DNA of 64,000 nucleotides from Acidobacteriota bacterium (GTDB lineage: Bacteria; Acidobacteriota; Thermoanaerobaculia; Multivoradales; Multivoraceae). Position numbers and translations under genes: made by a program. The DNA lies in contig JAPPFP010000030.1 in the NCBI GenBank assembly GCA_028877275.1, forward strand, positions 19,402 to 83,401. Reading direction: 5' to 3'. Below the pieces are notes generated by a model that saw only the letters and a list, made by a program, of their open reading frames with translations, made no database searches and had not been told where the DNA came from. Shown piece after piece: positions 1 to 11,840 of the stretch. Each line of letters begins with the position of its first letter. Position 1 is the stretch's first letter.

Positions 1-174
1 GGGATCGCGAAGGTCCTCGTGTCGCAGAAACTCGGCCCAAGCGCCGTCGGGCGTATCGCTCAGGTACTGCACCGGCCCTTCACCTTCCGCGTGCCACCGG
101 GCGGCCGGTTGCGAGCCCACGCCCTCCTCCCACAGGAATGGGTGGCGGGGGTCGGCGTTGCGCCAGGCGATCAC
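1..174 (-). CDS. RES-domain toxin, N-terminal fragment (gene continues past window start)
   Basis: Hand translation of the minus strand from GTG at 174 gives VIAWRNADPRHPFLWEEGVGSQPAARWHAEGEGPVQYLSDTPDGAWAEFLRHEDLRDP. The RWH..G.PV.YLS....A..E..RH pattern resembles RES toxin N-termini. The GTGA start/stop overlap with the upstream DUF2384 antitoxin is the usual TA layout. Confidence 0.6.
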   Translation of the reverse strand, partial: MIAWRNADPRHPFLWEEGVGSQPAARWHAEGEGPVQYLSDTPDGAWAEFLRHEDLRDP

Positions 175-791
175 GTGGCAGGCGACCAGACCAGGGCCCC
201 GGCCAGGTCGCGGACCCGCCGCGGACCCGGATCCTCCGGCTTCCATTCGGCCTCGAGGAGTTCCGCCGGGCTCCGGCCGTCCAGCAGCGTGCGCGGTCGA
301 TCGAACCAGCGCCGTACGCCGATGTCGTTGTAGGCCCCTGCAAGATCGCCCGCGACCAGCGCCAGGAAGTGCAGACGCGCGGCAACCGCATCAGGCACAG
401 TCCTTTCGCCGACCAGGTAGCGCCGCAGGCTCACGGCGGAAACCTGCAGCAGTCTCGCAAGGAGTTCACGCCCCAGCAGGCTGTCGAGCCGAGGTCCCTC
501 CGCCGCCGGAACCGGCGAAGCCTCCAGTGCGTCGCTCAGTTGCTGAAGTTGACGGACGAACTCCTCACGCGCGCCCTCGCTCTGCGGGACGATTGCCGGT
601 AGGTGGCGTCCCACACCGGCACGCCGTAGCCGGGCGAGCACGTTTTCCCAAACTGACGCGTCCAGCCTGTCGATGGCGCCCTTGCCCAGGATCCCCATCG
701 CTTCCGCCCGGGTCAGCACCTGGATTCCCAGGGGCAGCGACTGGCGGTCATCGAACGGATCGCCAACGGATCGGATGCGGATATCACTCAC
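171..791 (-). CDS. Xre-like antitoxin with C-terminal DUF2384 (MbcA/ParS-type) toxin-binding domain
   Basis: 206-aa ORF. An HTH-like segment LARLLQVSAVSLRRYLVGERTVP is followed by the RRWFDRPRTLLDGRSPAELL motif typical of DUF2384. The stop overlaps the RES ORF start. The true start is uncertain because of a ~100-aa N-terminal extension. Confidence 0.7.
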   Translation of the reverse strand: MSDIRIRSVGDPFDDRQSLPLGIQVLTRAEAMGILGKGAIDRLDASVWENVLARLRRAGVGRHLPAIVPQSEGAREEFVRQLQQLSDALEASPVPAAEGPRLDSLLGRELLARLLQVSAVSLRRYLVGERTVPDAVAARLHFLALVAGDLAGAYNDIGVRRWFDRPRTLLDGRSPAELLEAEWKPEDPGPRRVRDLAGALVWSPAT

Positions 792-880
792 TGATCCGAA
801 CGGTATCCGAGTCCGCGCCAGGGCGTCAACGGCGACTCACCCAAGGAGAGAGTCGCCGGCCGGTGGCCTGCTCCCCATCG

Positions 881-2275
<1,395 letters not shown>

Positions 2276-2339
2276 CCTAGCCGGGCAACGCCGTGATCGT
2301 GGCAATGGCGGTCGCCGCTTCGCGGCGGCGAGTTTCCTG

Positions 2340-2380
2340 GCCGCCTTCGGCGGCAAGCGGGTCAGAAGACCCGCGCACCC
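2340..2380 (+). repeat. REP-like two-hairpin intergenic element (copy 1)
   Basis: GCCGCC-UUC-GGCGGC (2340-2354), then GCGGGUC-AGAA-GACCCGC (2357-2374), then tail GCACC. Near-identical to the copies at 9296-9339 and 11841-11884. Confidence 0.85.
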
Positions 2381-3090
2381 AGCATTGCTTCGAGCATCTC
2401 CGTCACCGCAGCCGGCATGCCGATCAGGACCGCTCGCGACACGATCGAGTGGCCGATGTTCAGCTCGCGGACGCCGGGAAGGGCGGCCACGCGGCCGACG
2501 TTGGCGACTGTCAGGCCGTGTCCGGCGTACGCCTCGCGGCCCGCGGCGAGGCCGCGCTCGGCGGCCGCCTCGATCTTCGCGAACTCGGCGTCCGCGGCGC
2601 TGCCCAAGGCACGCGTGTAGGCATCCGTGTTCAGCTCGAAGCCGGTGACGTCGTCCTGGTCGTCGAGCGCCGCGAGCTGTTCCAGGTCGGGGTCGACGAA
2701 GACGGCGACGCGGATGCCGGCGCCGGTCAGGCGGCTGGCGGCGCGGCGCACCTGCTCGCCGCGTCCGATCAGGTCGAGGCCGCCTTCCGTGGTCACCTCG
2801 TCCGGACGCTCGGGAACCAGGGTCACCTGGTCGGGCCGGACCCGCTCCGCGAACTGGAGCATCGGCTCCTCGGCGGCGATCTCGAGGTTGAGCCGGCCCT
2901 TGACCGTCTCGCGGAGGTCGACGACGTCCTGGTCCTGAATGTGGCGGCGGTCCTGGCGCAGATGCACGGTGATGCCGAAGGCGCCGGCCTCTTCGGCGAG
3001 CCGGGCCGCTTCCAGCGGACTCGGGTAGCCGGCAAGCCGCGCCTGCCGCAGGGTCGCGACGTGGTCGACGTTGACGGAGAGATGGGTCAT
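2362..3090 (-). CDS. pdxJ: pyridoxine 5'-phosphate synthase
   Basis: 242 aa. MTHLSVNVDHVATLRQAR, ITVHLRQDRRHI and the overall length match PdxJ. Confidence 0.93.
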   Translation of the reverse strand: MTHLSVNVDHVATLRQARLAGYPSPLEAARLAEEAGAFGITVHLRQDRRHIQDQDVVDLRETVKGRLNLEIAAEEPMLQFAERVRPDQVTLVPERPDEVTTEGGLDLIGRGEQVRRAASRLTGAGIRVAVFVDPDLEQLAALDDQDDVTGFELNTDAYTRALGSAADAEFAKIEAAAERGLAAGREAYAGHGLTVANVGRVAALPGVRELNIGHSIVSRAVLIGMPAAVTEMLEAMLGARVF

Positions 3091-3099
3091 GGGTTGATC

Positions 3100-4431
3100 C
3101 TAGTAGCCGAGTTCGGCTTCGAGGATGCTGGTGATGCTGCCGCAGAGTTCTTCGATGCGGCCCTGGTCGGGGCCTTCGATCATCACTCGCGCGAGGGCTT
3201 CGGTGCCGCTGTAGCGGAGCAGGACGCGGCCTGAGGTTCCGAGTTCGCGCTCGACGGAGGCGACGGCTTCGCTCAGGCCGGGGACGCTCTCGAGCGGCTG
3301 CTTCTCGCACACCCTGACGTTGCGCAGGGTCTGCGGGAAACGCTGGAACCCGGCGGCCAGGTCCGCCAGCGAGCGGCCGGACGCGGCGACGATCGCGGCG
3401 ACGGCGGCGGCGGTGAGGAGGCCGTCGCCGGTCGTGCCGAGCTCGAGGTCGACCAGGTGGCCGGACTGCTCGCCGCCGAGGCGGACGCCTTCGCGCCGCA
3501 TGAGTTCCACGACTTCGCGGTCGCCGACGCCGCAGCGGACCACGTCGACGTCGCGGGCCTCGAGCGCCTTCTCCAGGCCCATGTTCGACATCGTCGTGGC
3601 GACGATGCGGCGGCCGGGGAGTTCGCCACGCGCCGCGAGGTGCGACGCCCAGGCGTAGAGCAGGACGTCGCCGTCGCAGATGCGGCCCTGGTGATCGCTG
3701 AGCAGGGCCCGGTCGGCGTCGCCGTCGAGGGCGACGCCGAGGTCGCTTTCCGTGGAGCGGGTGAAGGCCGCGATGCGCCCGGTGCAGGTGGAGCCGCAGT
3801 CGAGGTTGATGTTCCGGCCGTCCGGCCGGTCGCAGGTGACGGCGCAGTCGGCGCCCAGACCGGTGAAGAGCCGCTCGGCGTACGGAGCGCCGGCGCCGTT
3901 CGCGGCGTCGACGGCGATCCGCAGGCCGGCCAGGGGGCGGTTCGGCGGCAGCGAGGCGGCCAGGTGTTCCAGATAGCGGTCGGCGAGTTCGGGTTCGTCC
4001 TCGAGGACGCCGTCCCGCTCGGCGTCGACGGTCCCATGCCCGGCCACGCGGCTCTCAATGGAATCCTCCACGGAGGGATCGACCTTGAAGCCGTCCGCTC
4101 CGATCAGCTTGACGCCGTTGTCCGTGTACGGGTTGTGGCTGGCCGAGACGACGATGCCCCCGGCGGCGCCCAACTCGGTGACGAGCCAGGCCACCGCCGG
4201 CGTGGGCACGACGCCGGCCGAGCGCACCTCGCAGCCCGCGGCGCGGATGGCCGCGGCGAGCCAGCCGGCGATCTCGGCGCGGCTGGAGCGGGTGTCGCCG
4301 CCGAGGATCAACGCTCCGTTGCCGCACAGTCTGGCGAACCAGTAGCCGACTGCCTGGACGGTCCGCCGGTCGAGCGGCGGCGTACCGAAGACGGCGCGCA
4401 TGCCGTCCGTGCCGAACAGTCTTCGCGTCAA
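3100..4431 (-). CDS. glmM: phosphoglucosamine mutase
   Basis: 443 aa. LFGTDGMRAVFG N-terminus, phosphoserine loop SASHNPYTDNGVK, GGEQSGH. Confidence 0.95.
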   Translation of the reverse strand: MTRRLFGTDGMRAVFGTPPLDRRTVQAVGYWFARLCGNGALILGGDTRSSRAEIAGWLAAAIRAAGCEVRSAGVVPTPAVAWLVTELGAAGGIVVSASHNPYTDNGVKLIGADGFKVDPSVEDSIESRVAGHGTVDAERDGVLEDEPELADRYLEHLAASLPPNRPLAGLRIAVDAANGAGAPYAERLFTGLGADCAVTCDRPDGRNINLDCGSTCTGRIAAFTRSTESDLGVALDGDADRALLSDHQGRICDGDVLLYAWASHLAARGELPGRRIVATTMSNMGLEKALEARDVDVVRCGVGDREVVELMRREGVRLGGEQSGHLVDLELGTTGDGLLTAAAVAAIVAASGRSLADLAAGFQRFPQTLRNVRVCEKQPLESVPGLSEAVASVERELGTSGRVLLRYSGTEALARVMIEGPDQGRIEELCGSITSILEAELGY

Positions 4432-5153
4432 TTGGCCGCGCCGGAAGATTGGGGCAGCCTGGAGATCATCGGCACGAAGACGTCGACGATGGTCGGGAAC
4501 TCGACCTGGACGTGTTCGCTGTCGAACCGCACCCGCACCTGCCTGGCCGTGAAGTCGAGACCGCGTCCCGTGAGATCGATGGGGCCGGCCAGCGCGAACT
4601 CCAGCTTGTTGATCTCCGAGCGCGCCCCCTGCACGGTGACCGACTCCGGCTCGATCCGGACGTTCTCGTCGTCGACGCTGATGCCGCCGATCGGCTCGCC
4701 GACCCAGTCGACCTGGACCGGCACCGCGACCGAGATCTCCTCGTCGACGTTCAGGACGAGCCGATCGGGCGTCACCGACACGACCTGGACCTGGTCGTCG
4801 GGCAGCACGACGTCCTCGGCGGCCAGCACGACCTCGACTTCCCGCGGGCCGCTGTAGGGACCGCCGGTGGACACGTCGTCGGGCAAGGGCACCTGGACGC
4901 GGACCTGATCGAGTTCCAGGGAGTCGATCAGCTCGTCGTTGCCCCGAATGCGGACCTCGACCTCTTCGGGCTCGATGCTCAGCACCCTCAGGCGCTCGTG
5001 ATCGGGGATCGTCAGCCGTCCCGCCACGTTCGTCTCGATCGGCGTCGTCGTTATGTCGCGCAGGCGCGGGCAGAACGACGCGGGAAGCCAGATGCCGATC
5101 GCGATCACGACCGCGAGGGCCCTGAACGTCCAGCGATTGCCGCTCTCGCTCAT
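4428..5153 (-). CDS. cdaR: YbbR-domain protein (CdaA regulator CdaR-like)
   Basis: 241 aa with an N-terminal TM segment and repetitive beta-rich modules. It sits between cdaA and glmM with 4-nt overlaps, the conserved cdaA-cdaR-glmM arrangement. Confidence 0.7.
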   Translation of the reverse strand: MSESGNRWTFRALAVVIAIGIWLPASFCPRLRDITTTPIETNVAGRLTIPDHERLRVLSIEPEEVEVRIRGNDELIDSLELDQVRVQVPLPDDVSTGGPYSGPREVEVVLAAEDVVLPDDQVQVVSVTPDRLVLNVDEEISVAVPVQVDWVGEPIGGISVDDENVRIEPESVTVQGARSEINKLEFALAGPIDLTGRGLDFTARQVRVRFDSEHVQVEFPTIVDVFVPMISRLPQSSGAAN

Positions 5154-5923
5154 CCGGAAGACCTGCTCGTGCCGGGCGCCAGCAACAGCTCGAAGAGCTC
5201 GTTGCGCAACTCGCGCAGGGTGAGGTCGCCGGTCAGCCGACCCTCGTGCGCGATCGAGATCCTACCGCTCTCCTCCGAGACGACGACCACCACCGCGTCC
5301 GTCTCCTCGGTGATGCCGATCGCCGCGCGGTGCCGGGTGCCGAGTTCGAACTTCTCGGTGGGTTTGGCCTCGGGGCGGTTCCGGGCGCCCTGTTCGACGG
5401 CGACCCCGACGCTGGTGGTCAGCGGCAGAAAGCAGGCGGCGGCCGCGATCCGGTCCCTCTGGACGATCACGGCGCCGTCGTGGAGCGGCGTGCCGCGGGA
5501 GAAGATCGTCAGCAGCAGGTCGTAGGAGACGGCCGCGTCGAGGGCGATGCCGTTCTCCGCGTAGTCGCGCAGACCGTCGACCCGTTCGATCACGACCAGC
5601 GCTCCGAGGCGCCGGAGAGACAGGGCCTGCGCCGCGATCACGATCTCGTGAATCCCGGACTCGCCCGTCTGGTCCGTCGTCAGGCGCAGCAGGGGGTTGC
5701 GGCCGACGCGGGCCAGCGCTCTCCGGATCTGGTTCTGGAACAGGACGACGATGACGACCGGCAGGGCCGGCAACAGGTAGTTCAGCGAGGCCTGCAGGGT
5801 GTCCAGGCGGAGCAGCGCCGCGATCCACGCCGCCCCTGCCAGCACCAGGATGCCGACCAGGATGCGAACGCCCCCGGTGCCGCGGATCAGGAGCAGAAGG
5901 TTGTAGACGACGAGGCCGACCAC
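5150..5923 (-). CDS. cdaA: diadenylate cyclase CdaA (c-di-AMP synthase)
   Basis: DAC-domain motifs GTPLHDGAVIV and LGTRHRAAIGITEETDAVVVVVSEESGRISIA, with N-terminal TM helices. The first ATG/GTG/TTG is GTG 5923, but CdaA-like sequence continues upstream, so the 5' end is probably under-called. Confidence 0.9.
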   Translation of the reverse strand: MVGLVVYNLLLLIRGTGGVRILVGILVLAGAAWIAALLRLDTLQASLNYLLPALPVVIVVLFQNQIRRALARVGRNPLLRLTTDQTGESGIHEIVIAAQALSLRRLGALVVIERVDGLRDYAENGIALDAAVSYDLLLTIFSRGTPLHDGAVIVQRDRIAAAACFLPLTTSVGVAVEQGARNRPEAKPTEKFELGTRHRAAIGITEETDAVVVVVSEESGRISIAHEGRLTGDLTLRELRNELFELLLAPGTSRSSG

Positions 5924-5985
5924 CAGGAGGTCGACCAGATCCCTCCAACCGAGAAGTCCGAGCGGCTGCGCCAGGTCCGGCGTCG

Positions 5986-7989
<2,004 letters not shown>

Positions 7990-8079
7990 GTTTCTGAAGG
8001 GGGTCTCACCCGCGGGGACAACGGTCCTGAAGCCCGCAGGATTCCGTAACCACTGTACGAGCGGGTCCCCGGAAGGTTG

Positions 8080-9126
8080 TCATTCCAGCCCCCCGACTTC
8101 AAGGGATCCAATCCCTTGATTCTCTCGCGGAGGCGGACGGAGCACCCGAAGCCGGTCGCGGCTCTGCTCCCAGCGCCAGCCGCCGCCACAGTCGCAACCG
8201 ACGGACCGTCCCCTGGACTTCCGCCGCCCGAGCTGCCGCTCCAGCTCCCGGCGGGCGTTCCGCGTCGGTGGATAGGTCGCGCCCGCCAGCCGGTGCAACC
8301 GGGCCAGCGCCGCCGGCCACAGCGACGCGGGCAGGCGCGCGAGCGCCTCGACCTCGACCTCGCAGGACTGGTCGCCGGGCCGCGGCGCCAGCGCCTCGTC
8401 GAGCAGCCGGCGCACGGTGGGCTCGGCCCTCCGCGCGGCCCGCGCCAGACGGACGAGGCGGTCGCCGAGATCAGGCGTCTCCGCCGCCAGAACCGGCAAC
8501 AGGCGGCGACGCACGAAGTTCCGCCGCGGCCCGGAGGCGCGGTTCGTCGGATCGTCGACGGGCTCGATGCCGCTCAGGGCCGCGTAGTCCCGCAGAGCGC
8601 CGGGTTCCAGGTCCAGCAGCGGCCGGAGCAGCGGCAGTCCGAGACGGTTCGAGACCGGCCGCATCGCTCCGAGACCGGCGGTGCCGCTGCCGAAGAGGAT
8701 GCGGAGAAGAACCGTCTCGGCCTGGTCGAGACGGTGGTGAGCGGTCAGGATCGTCGCCGCGCGAGCCGAACGAGCCGCCGCCACGAGCAGCCGGTAGCGC
8801 TCGGCGCGCGCCCACTCCTCCAGGCTCCGGCCCGGCGGCAGGGACCTGGCGACGTGGACCTGGAAGGGGACTCCGAGGCGCTCGGCGATCCGGCCGGCCG
8901 CGCGGGCCCGCTGAGCGGAGCCGTCGTCCAGCCGGTGGTCGACGTGGACCGCCACGGGTCTCCAGCCGAACCGGGACGCGCCGACCCGCATGGCGCGCAG
9001 CAGCGCCGTCGAGTCGGGGCCGCCGGAGAAGGCGACGGCCAGGGGAGCGTCGCGGCCGGCCCGGGTGAGTTCCGGGCGCCCGGCGAAGAAACCGGCCACC
9101 GCGGCATCGACCGCTCGACTGGTCAT
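8080..9126 (-). CDS. tilS: tRNA(Ile)-lysidine synthase
   Basis: PP-loop AFSGGPDSTALL close to the N-terminus. Start set at ATG 9126 (MTSRAV) because the longer ORF (to 9192) overlaps the tRNA gene. Confidence 0.85.
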   Translation of the reverse strand: MTSRAVDAAVAGFFAGRPELTRAGRDAPLAVAFSGGPDSTALLRAMRVGASRFGWRPVAVHVDHRLDDGSAQRARAAGRIAERLGVPFQVHVARSLPPGRSLEEWARAERYRLLVAAARSARAATILTAHHRLDQAETVLLRILFGSGTAGLGAMRPVSNRLGLPLLRPLLDLEPGALRDYAALSGIEPVDDPTNRASGPRRNFVRRRLLPVLAAETPDLGDRLVRLARAARRAEPTVRRLLDEALAPRPGDQSCEVEVEALARLPASLWPAALARLHRLAGATYPPTRNARRELERQLGRRKSRGRSVGCDCGGGWRWEQSRDRLRVLRPPPRENQGIGSLEVGGLE

Positions 9127-9159
9127 CGTCGCACCGCGAGAGCCCGCGGCGGGGTGAAG

Positions 9160-9236
9160 TGGTGGCGGTGGAGGGACTCGAACCCCCGACACAGCGGATA
9201 TGAGCCGCTTGCTCTAACCGGCTGAGCTACACCGCC
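9160..9236 (-). tRNA. tRNA with CAT anticodon (elongator Met or Ile2/lysidine type; not initiator)
   Basis: Minus-strand read GGCGGTGTAGCTCAGCCGGTTAGAGCAAGCGGCTCATATCCGCTGTGTCGGGGGTTCGAGTCCCTCCACCGCCACCA. It folds as a cloverleaf with anticodon loop CUCAUAU, a G1:C72 pair and no GGG/CCC anticodon stem. Confidence 0.9.
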
Positions 9237-9267
9237 GGGTGGACGCGGAACCCTACCGCGAAAAGGA

Positions 9268-9339
9268 GCCGGCCTAGCGGCCGGCGCGTCCTCCGGCCGC
9301 CTTCGGCGGCAGCGGGTCAGAAGACCCGCGCACCGACAG
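9268..9339 (+). repeat. REP-like elements (copy 2 plus an adjacent GCCGGCC-type hairpin)
   Basis: GCCGGCC-UAGC-GGCCGGC (9268-9285), then the 44-nt unit GGCCGCCTTCGGCGGCAGCGGGTCAGAAGACCCGCGCACCGACA (9296-9339), identical to 11841-11884. Confidence 0.9.
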
Positions 9340-9343
9340 TTAG

Positions 9344-9715
9344 TCAGGGGCCGGGCTTGCGCAGCGAGTCCTGGCAGCTCCGGAACTGACCGAAGAAGCT
9401 GCGCATCGACTCGGACAGCGCCTCGTCGTTCAAGCGGTAGATCACGTTCTGGCCGCGCCTCTGGTCGATCACCAGGTCGGCTTCCTTGAGCACGGACAGA
9501 TGGCGCGAGATGGTCGGCTGGGAGAGATCGAACTCGCCAACGATGTCGCCGACGCAACGCTGCTCGTCTTCCAGCAGCCGGAGTATGTTCTGCCGGGTCG
9601 AATCGGACAGCGCCTTGAAGACCTTCGTCATGTGGCGGGAGCGCCGGTCGCGAGGCTCCAGGCCGCTCAGCGAGCCGCCCAGGCGTACAGGCCGATGTTC
9701 TGTCTTCTGGTCCAC
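9344..9715 (-). CDS. ArsR/SmtB-family transcriptional regulator
   Basis: FKALSDSTRQNILRLLEDEQRCVGDIVGEFDLSQPTISRHLSVLKEADLV is a classic ArsR wHTH. The start is either GTG 9715 or ATG 9631. Confidence 0.8.
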   Translation of the reverse strand: MDQKTEHRPVRLGGSLSGLEPRDRRSRHMTKVFKALSDSTRQNILRLLEDEQRCVGDIVGEFDLSQPTISRHLSVLKEADLVIDQRRGQNVIYRLNDEALSESMRSFFGQFRSCQDSLRKPGP

Positions 9716-9782
9716 GATCAGAGGTCTCCAAGGAATGAAGAGAGTTAGCCATTATGCCATAACTTCCGCCCGACGTGGGGCT

Positions 9783-10484
9783 TCAGGCGCCCGACGTGAG
9801 CCGTGCGGGCATGAGGAGACCCCGGCGCCTGAGCTCCCGGCGCATGCGGCTGAGCACCGTCGCCACGGTGGCCGGCGCCAGTTGGACCACGTGCGCCGCC
9901 TCGCGGGAGTTCCACCCATCGACCACCATGCGCTCCGTGATCCAGATGTCTCGCCGGGCCGTGCCGCCGGGCCTGGCGACGAACCCGCACTCGCGACGGA
10001 AGCGGCGACGGAGTTCCCGCGCGTAGATCAGGTCGAGCGGGCTGGAGGCCCGGCTCGGGACGTCGAAGCCGTGCACGTCCCCGGCCAGCACATCCAGGGC
10101 GTCGATGCTGAGTTCGATGGCCGGACCGCGCTTGAGCGCCCGGCGGGCGCGCAACCAGTCGATCAGGGTGCTCCGGGCGACCCGGCGCAGGTAGGACAGG
10201 ATGGTCGTTTCGGATTGTCCGCGGCAGCCGCGCAACACCCTGCGATCGTTCTGAAGCAGGCGAACGTAGGTCTCCTGGATCACCTCGTCGAGGAGATCCC
10301 GGTTCAGGTACACGCCGTAGCTCCGCCCCAGGCCGGCGAGGGTGCTCCGCAGCATCGGGTCGACACGCCGAACCAGGGATGCCCAATCCGTATCGCGGGC
10401 GACGCACTGGCGCCAGAGCGCCGGAAAGTCGTACGGCTCCTTGCTCTGCTGGTGGTAAGTCTGTGGGGTCATCTTCCGCTCCAT
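9783..10484 (-). CDS. ECF-type RNA polymerase sigma factor
   Basis: 233 aa. Region-2-like DEVIQETYVRLL ... YLRRVARSTLIDWLR and a region-4 HTH (WNSREAAHVVQLAPATVATVLSRMRRELRRRG). Confidence 0.8.
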   Translation of the reverse strand: MERKMTPQTYHQQSKEPYDFPALWRQCVARDTDWASLVRRVDPMLRSTLAGLGRSYGVYLNRDLLDEVIQETYVRLLQNDRRVLRGCRGQSETTILSYLRRVARSTLIDWLRARRALKRGPAIELSIDALDVLAGDVHGFDVPSRASSPLDLIYARELRRRFRRECGFVARPGGTARRDIWITERMVVDGWNSREAAHVVQLAPATVATVLSRMRRELRRRGLLMPARLTSGA

Positions 10485-10585
10485 GAAAGTGGAGCGGAGG
10501 CGCCCGGGCCGGCCTACTCAGGGTTTGGCAAGGGCGGGAGAGCGTAGCACTCCCGGAGCGGTCGTGGGGGTTACCGCATCTTCTC

Positions 10586-10726
10586 TTAGACGAACTCGAC
10601 GTGGCGGCGGATCTTCGGGTCGTACTTATTCAGCTTCAGCTTCTCCTGGCTGAGCTTCTTGTTCTTCGTCGTCGTGTAGAAGTACCCGGTACCGGCACTC
10701 GATACGAGCTTGATCTTTTCTCTCAC
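10586..10726 (-). CDS. rpmG: 50S ribosomal protein L33
   Basis: Absent from the ORF track (46 aa). Hand translation gives [53 protein letters not shown] lies 6 nt upstream of the GTG start. Confidence 0.85.
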   Translation of the reverse strand: MREKIKLVSSAGTGYFYTTTKNKKLSQEKLKLNKYDPKIRRHVEFV

Positions 10727-10773
10727 GTCGTCACCTCCGATGCGACCGGCGGCTTCAAGGGCTGGGAGCGGAA

Positions 10774-10850
10774 TGGCGGGGCCGACGGGACTCGAACCCG
10801 CGACCTCCGGCGTGACAGGCCGGCATTCTAACCAGCTGAACTACGACCCC
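10774..10850 (-). tRNA. tRNA-Asp (GTC)
   Basis: Minus-strand GGGGTCGTAGTTCAGCTGGTTAGAATGCCGGCCTGTCACGCCGGAGGTCGCGGGTTCGAGTCCCGTCGGCCCCGCCA, anticodon loop CUGUCAC. Confidence 0.93.
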
Positions 10851-10913
10851 GTGCGTCCGTCCTCGTCGTCTCTCCCTCGATGCTTCGTCGTCGCGCGTAC
10901 TCCGGAACCTCCG

Positions 10914-10989
10914 TGGTGGGAGGTGGGGGATTCGAACCCGCGACCCCCTGCGTGTAAAGCAGGTGCTCTACCCCTGAGCTAACCTCCCC
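10914..10989 (-). tRNA. tRNA-Val (TAC)
   Basis: Minus-strand GGGGAGGTTAGCTCAGGGGTAGAGCACCTGCTTTACACGCAGGGGGTCGCGGGTTCGAATCCCCCACCTCCCACCA, anticodon loop UUUACAC. Confidence 0.93.
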
Positions 10990-11136
10990 GGCGGCGACCC
11001 TTCGGCCGTCCGGTGGACATCGCAGGCCGCGGAATCTTAGGGCAGGCGGGGGGCATCGTCAACGAGCGACCCGGCAGCCTCACTCCGTGGCACAATCGCG
11101 GCGGCAGAAACACCTTCCCCTGAGGAGCACTCACTC

Positions 11137-11736
<600 letters not shown>

Positions 11737-11743
11737 AAAACTG

Positions 11744-11766
11744 GGTGCGCGGGTCTTCTGACCCGC
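11744..11766 (-). repeat. REP-like hairpin, inverted orientation (copy 3)
   Basis: GGTGCGCGGGTCTTCTGACCCGC is the exact reverse complement of the GCGGGTCAGAAGACCCGCGCACC core. It lies 8 nt after the sodA stop. Confidence 0.9.
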
Positions 11767-11810
11767 CCACCGGGTGGAGCCGCAGAGCGGCGTAGCCCGG
11801 ACAATAAGGC

Positions 11811-11829
11811 CGCCGGCCAGAGGCCGGCG
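11811..11829. repeat. REP-like GCCGGCC-type hairpin (copy 4)
   Basis: CGCCGGCC-AGA-GGCCGGCG, an 8-bp stem related to the copies at 50221 and 53271. Confidence 0.8.
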
Positions 11830-11840
11830 ACGATTCTGTC

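Noticed and set aside
2276-3310. Upstream extension of the NtrC-like ORF (809-aa version), and similarly the 40841-44050 1069-aa version of the DUF3604 ORF
   Set aside because: The extensions overlap pdxJ/glmM, or the serine hydrolase gene, on the opposite strand. They are Arg/Pro-rich junk. Recognisable N-termini (a receiver domain and a signal peptide respectively) begin at internal Met codons.
11088-11102. Sigma-54-like promoter TGGCAC-N7-GC upstream of sodA
   Set aside because: The GG-N10-GC spacing fits, but the -12 element is CGGC where the consensus is TTGC. A sigma-54-dependent SOD would be unusual, so this is probably a chance match in GC-rich DNA.
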